64,000 nucleotides of DNA, from contig NC_082711.1 of assembly GCF_030144855.1 (NCBI RefSeq), positions 60,140,001-60,204,000 on the forward strand. Direction: 5' to 3'. The notes under the pieces were generated by a model. It searched no databases. It saw only the letters and a list, made by a program, of their open reading frames with translations, and had not been told where the DNA came from. Source of the stretch: Hypanus sabinus. Its lineage: Eukaryota. Made by a program: the position numbers and the translations under genes. Of this stretch, positions 62,001-64,000 are shown one piece after another. Numbering within the stretch: the first letter of the stretch is position 1; each line of letters opens with the position of its first letter.

Positions 62001-62796
62001 TTGTGCTGCTGCCATTCTCTTGGCATCTGGGTTCTCATGCTTTTCATTCCCAAATTCTGGAACAGCGGAACGTTTTGCATCAGAACCATCAGTCTGAGAT
62101 TCATGAAGGTTATCATTATGACTTACCACTTTAGCCATGCCTGTCTTTTCTGATGATTTCATAAGAAACAAGAAGGGAAAATGTGTGTTAGTTTTGCAAT
62201 GTGTAGGACTATAGCAATGACATTCTTTCTCAGCTTCATCCTTGTTTTCCTTTAACATGAGCGCCTTCAGCTTCTTAACCCTTGCAAAAGGATTGCTCTC
62301 AGTGCTACTGAAAGCCTGGGACGGTTTGGTTTGTTCATTATTTTCCGTGTCTGCAATGCTACTTGTCCCTGCACCTACCAGTGAGACCTCTGCTTCAGCT
62401 GTTGTTTTCACTTTATGGCTCAGCGGCTCCTGTTCATAATGCTTCTCTTCAATGGTGTCATTAAAAACTGAAGCAGACGACTCCAACTTCACTGGAGCTT
62501 TTTTGGAAAAAGAAAAGGAGACACTGCCCTTCTGAATGGGGATGCATGGGTTGTTTTTCTTTGTGAAGAGACCCAAGGGCCTTAAGCCGAACTGATCGTA
62601 CTGGCCACCACGTGGGGGACAATGCAGACTGTTTCCCTGAGTCCTTTTCAGAGCCTCTTCTTTCATGAAAGATGCTTGGGTATTGCTCCTTCTTTCGTTA
62701 TCTCTGCCTTTGGCAAAGGATCCACTGACAGCTGCTTTCACGTGATTGTCAATGGCTACTGTTGCTGGTTTGAACATGGGACCACTTCCTGAGGCG
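59028..62796 (-). CDS. Terminal coding exon (1255 codons + stop) of a ZNF804/GPATCH8-family protein (GPATCH8-like; possibly the ZNF804B orthologue)
   Basis: Uninterrupted 3.77-kb ORF. Family motifs: [30 protein letters not shown], HCK...FPFL, [41 protein letters not shown], RS-rich tract, YFGPRLPPS, EEMEKYSKLQ..AQQHIQQQLLAKQVK and a His/Pro/Ala-rich C-terminus. Phase-2 acceptor ttttcatacag|C GCC TCA; TGA at 59028-59030. The upstream exons lie beyond the window. Confidence 0.93.
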
Positions 62797-62825
62797 CTGT
62801 ATGAAAACCAAACAGAGTACACGCT
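62797..62825 (-). promoter_or_regulatory. 3' splice acceptor of the terminal exon
   Basis: Minus strand gtactctgtttggttttcatacAG immediately before the conserved ASGSGPMFK block. Confidence 0.85.
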
Positions 62826-63423
62826 GAGTCACATTGCCATTATAAGCAAGATTATAATGCAAAAAGTAACATCCTTTCAGATCTCTTTATTCTGACAGCT
62901 ATTTAAATAATTACTTGTAATTTCAGTATCTTTAGGTATTCTGGTAATCAATAAATAAGAAGAATTTAGTTGACTAATTTTGATTCAAGTCTCATGTTGT
63001 TGCAATACAAGACACTCATTGGGTAGAGCTAGGAAATATTATTTTGTGTTACAACACTAAGCTGAGCATTGTTTGGGATATGTTTGCACCTTGAGAATGC
63101 TGACAGTGACAGAAACACTTAACTGCTATACCTGCTGCAACTTTCATAGAACGAAACTGCAATTTATTTTGCTTTAGGGTTTCAGACTATAAATAGTGTG
63201 ATATGTATACATCAGACTATATTATCATTTATAATAATCCCACAATGACTGAGCTTTACTTTGGCATAATAATGTTGCTTTAACCAATTCCCTTCACCAG
63301 TAAAGGAATTATCATTCACAAGAACACCAGAAAATAGGAGCAGGAAGATCCTCAAGCCTGCCCCACCATTCAAGGTGATTAAAGCGGCTGAGCCTCTGGC
63401 CTCATCTAACATGCTGCATCACT

Positions 63424-64000
63424 GTGTGGTATGGAAACCACACTTCAGCGGGCAGGAGAGCTCTGCAACGGGCAGCTAAAACTGCCCAACGCATCACTAG
63501 CATTAGCCTACTCGCCATCAAAGACATATATAAAGAAAGGTGTTGGATAAAGGCCAGCAACATCGTGAAGCATTCCACCCACCTTGCTTATGGACTGTCT
63601 CTCCCAGTCCCATCAGGGAAGAGGCTACGCAATATCCAGGCCAGGACTGCTAGAATCAGAAACAGTCACTTCCTGCAAGCCATCAAGCTGATCAACACTT
63701 GCTCCTATTAAGCCATCTCACCACCACTACGTCCAGAACAGCCACTCCTATCCACAGCCCCCTTCATCCCCCTTGCACTGCCAACTTATGCTTGCACTCA
63801 CGCCTCACACTTACATGGACACAGTCTCAGTCTGACTGTGCTTTCATGTGCCCTGCTGCTACCTAGAGGAATTCCTCTTGCCAAGAGTCATTTCCTGTCA
63901 GAGTTACCTTATGTTCAGATATTCCTGCACTTAGCATCACTTTATTTAAGTACAATCAGTCTATGCATTTAAGATAATCTTATGTATAACCATATATCAA
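63424..64000 (+). mobile_element. Rex-Babar LINE 3' end (intronic)
   Basis: WYGNHTSAGRRALQRAAKTAQRIT...PSGKRLRNIQARTARIRNSHF, then a 3'UTR shared with 51677-51930. Confidence 0.88.

Noticed and set aside
59118-62439. Plus-strand and alternative-frame ORFs overlapping the large exon
   Set aside because: They are shadow ORFs caused by the exon's codon composition, with no independent support.
62797-62822. ORF-track N-terminus MYSVWFSYS of the 1264-aa ORF
   Set aside because: This is intronic polypyrimidine tract and AG acceptor; family homology starts at ASGSGPMFK.

Overview
Repeat-dense vertebrate genomic DNA. It is very probably from a cartilaginous fish (shark or ray), inferred from its CR1, Rex-Babar, Penelope, V-SINE and Deu-SINE content. 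Only one host gene is supported: the 3.77-kb terminal coding exon (minus strand, 62796->59028) and 3'UTR of a ZNF804/GPATCH8-family gene, whose paralog identity is ambiguous. The ~57 kb downstream of it (positions 1-57400) has no recognisable host exon. It is a nested mosaic of decayed CR1 and Rex-Babar LINEs, Penelope-like elements with hammerhead-ribozyme-like motifs, a degenerate full-length Gypsy element, three TSD-bounded solo LTRs plus a truncated one, Tc1/mariner/Tigger, hAT and Harbinger non-autonomous DNA elements, and several SINEs. The best leads are: (i) a three-copy, non-coding, VNTR-containing retroelement family with a Rex-Babar 3' tail; (ii) a fold-back Penelope insertion with a 14-bp TSD and two opposed hammerhead cores; (iii) the mosaic ZNF804B/GPATCH8 character of the exon; (iv) tail-less internal CR1 fragments inserted in older CR1s. 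Family assignments come from recalled motifs, not database searches. Boundaries are approximate except where TSDs, TIRs or splice sites are cited.
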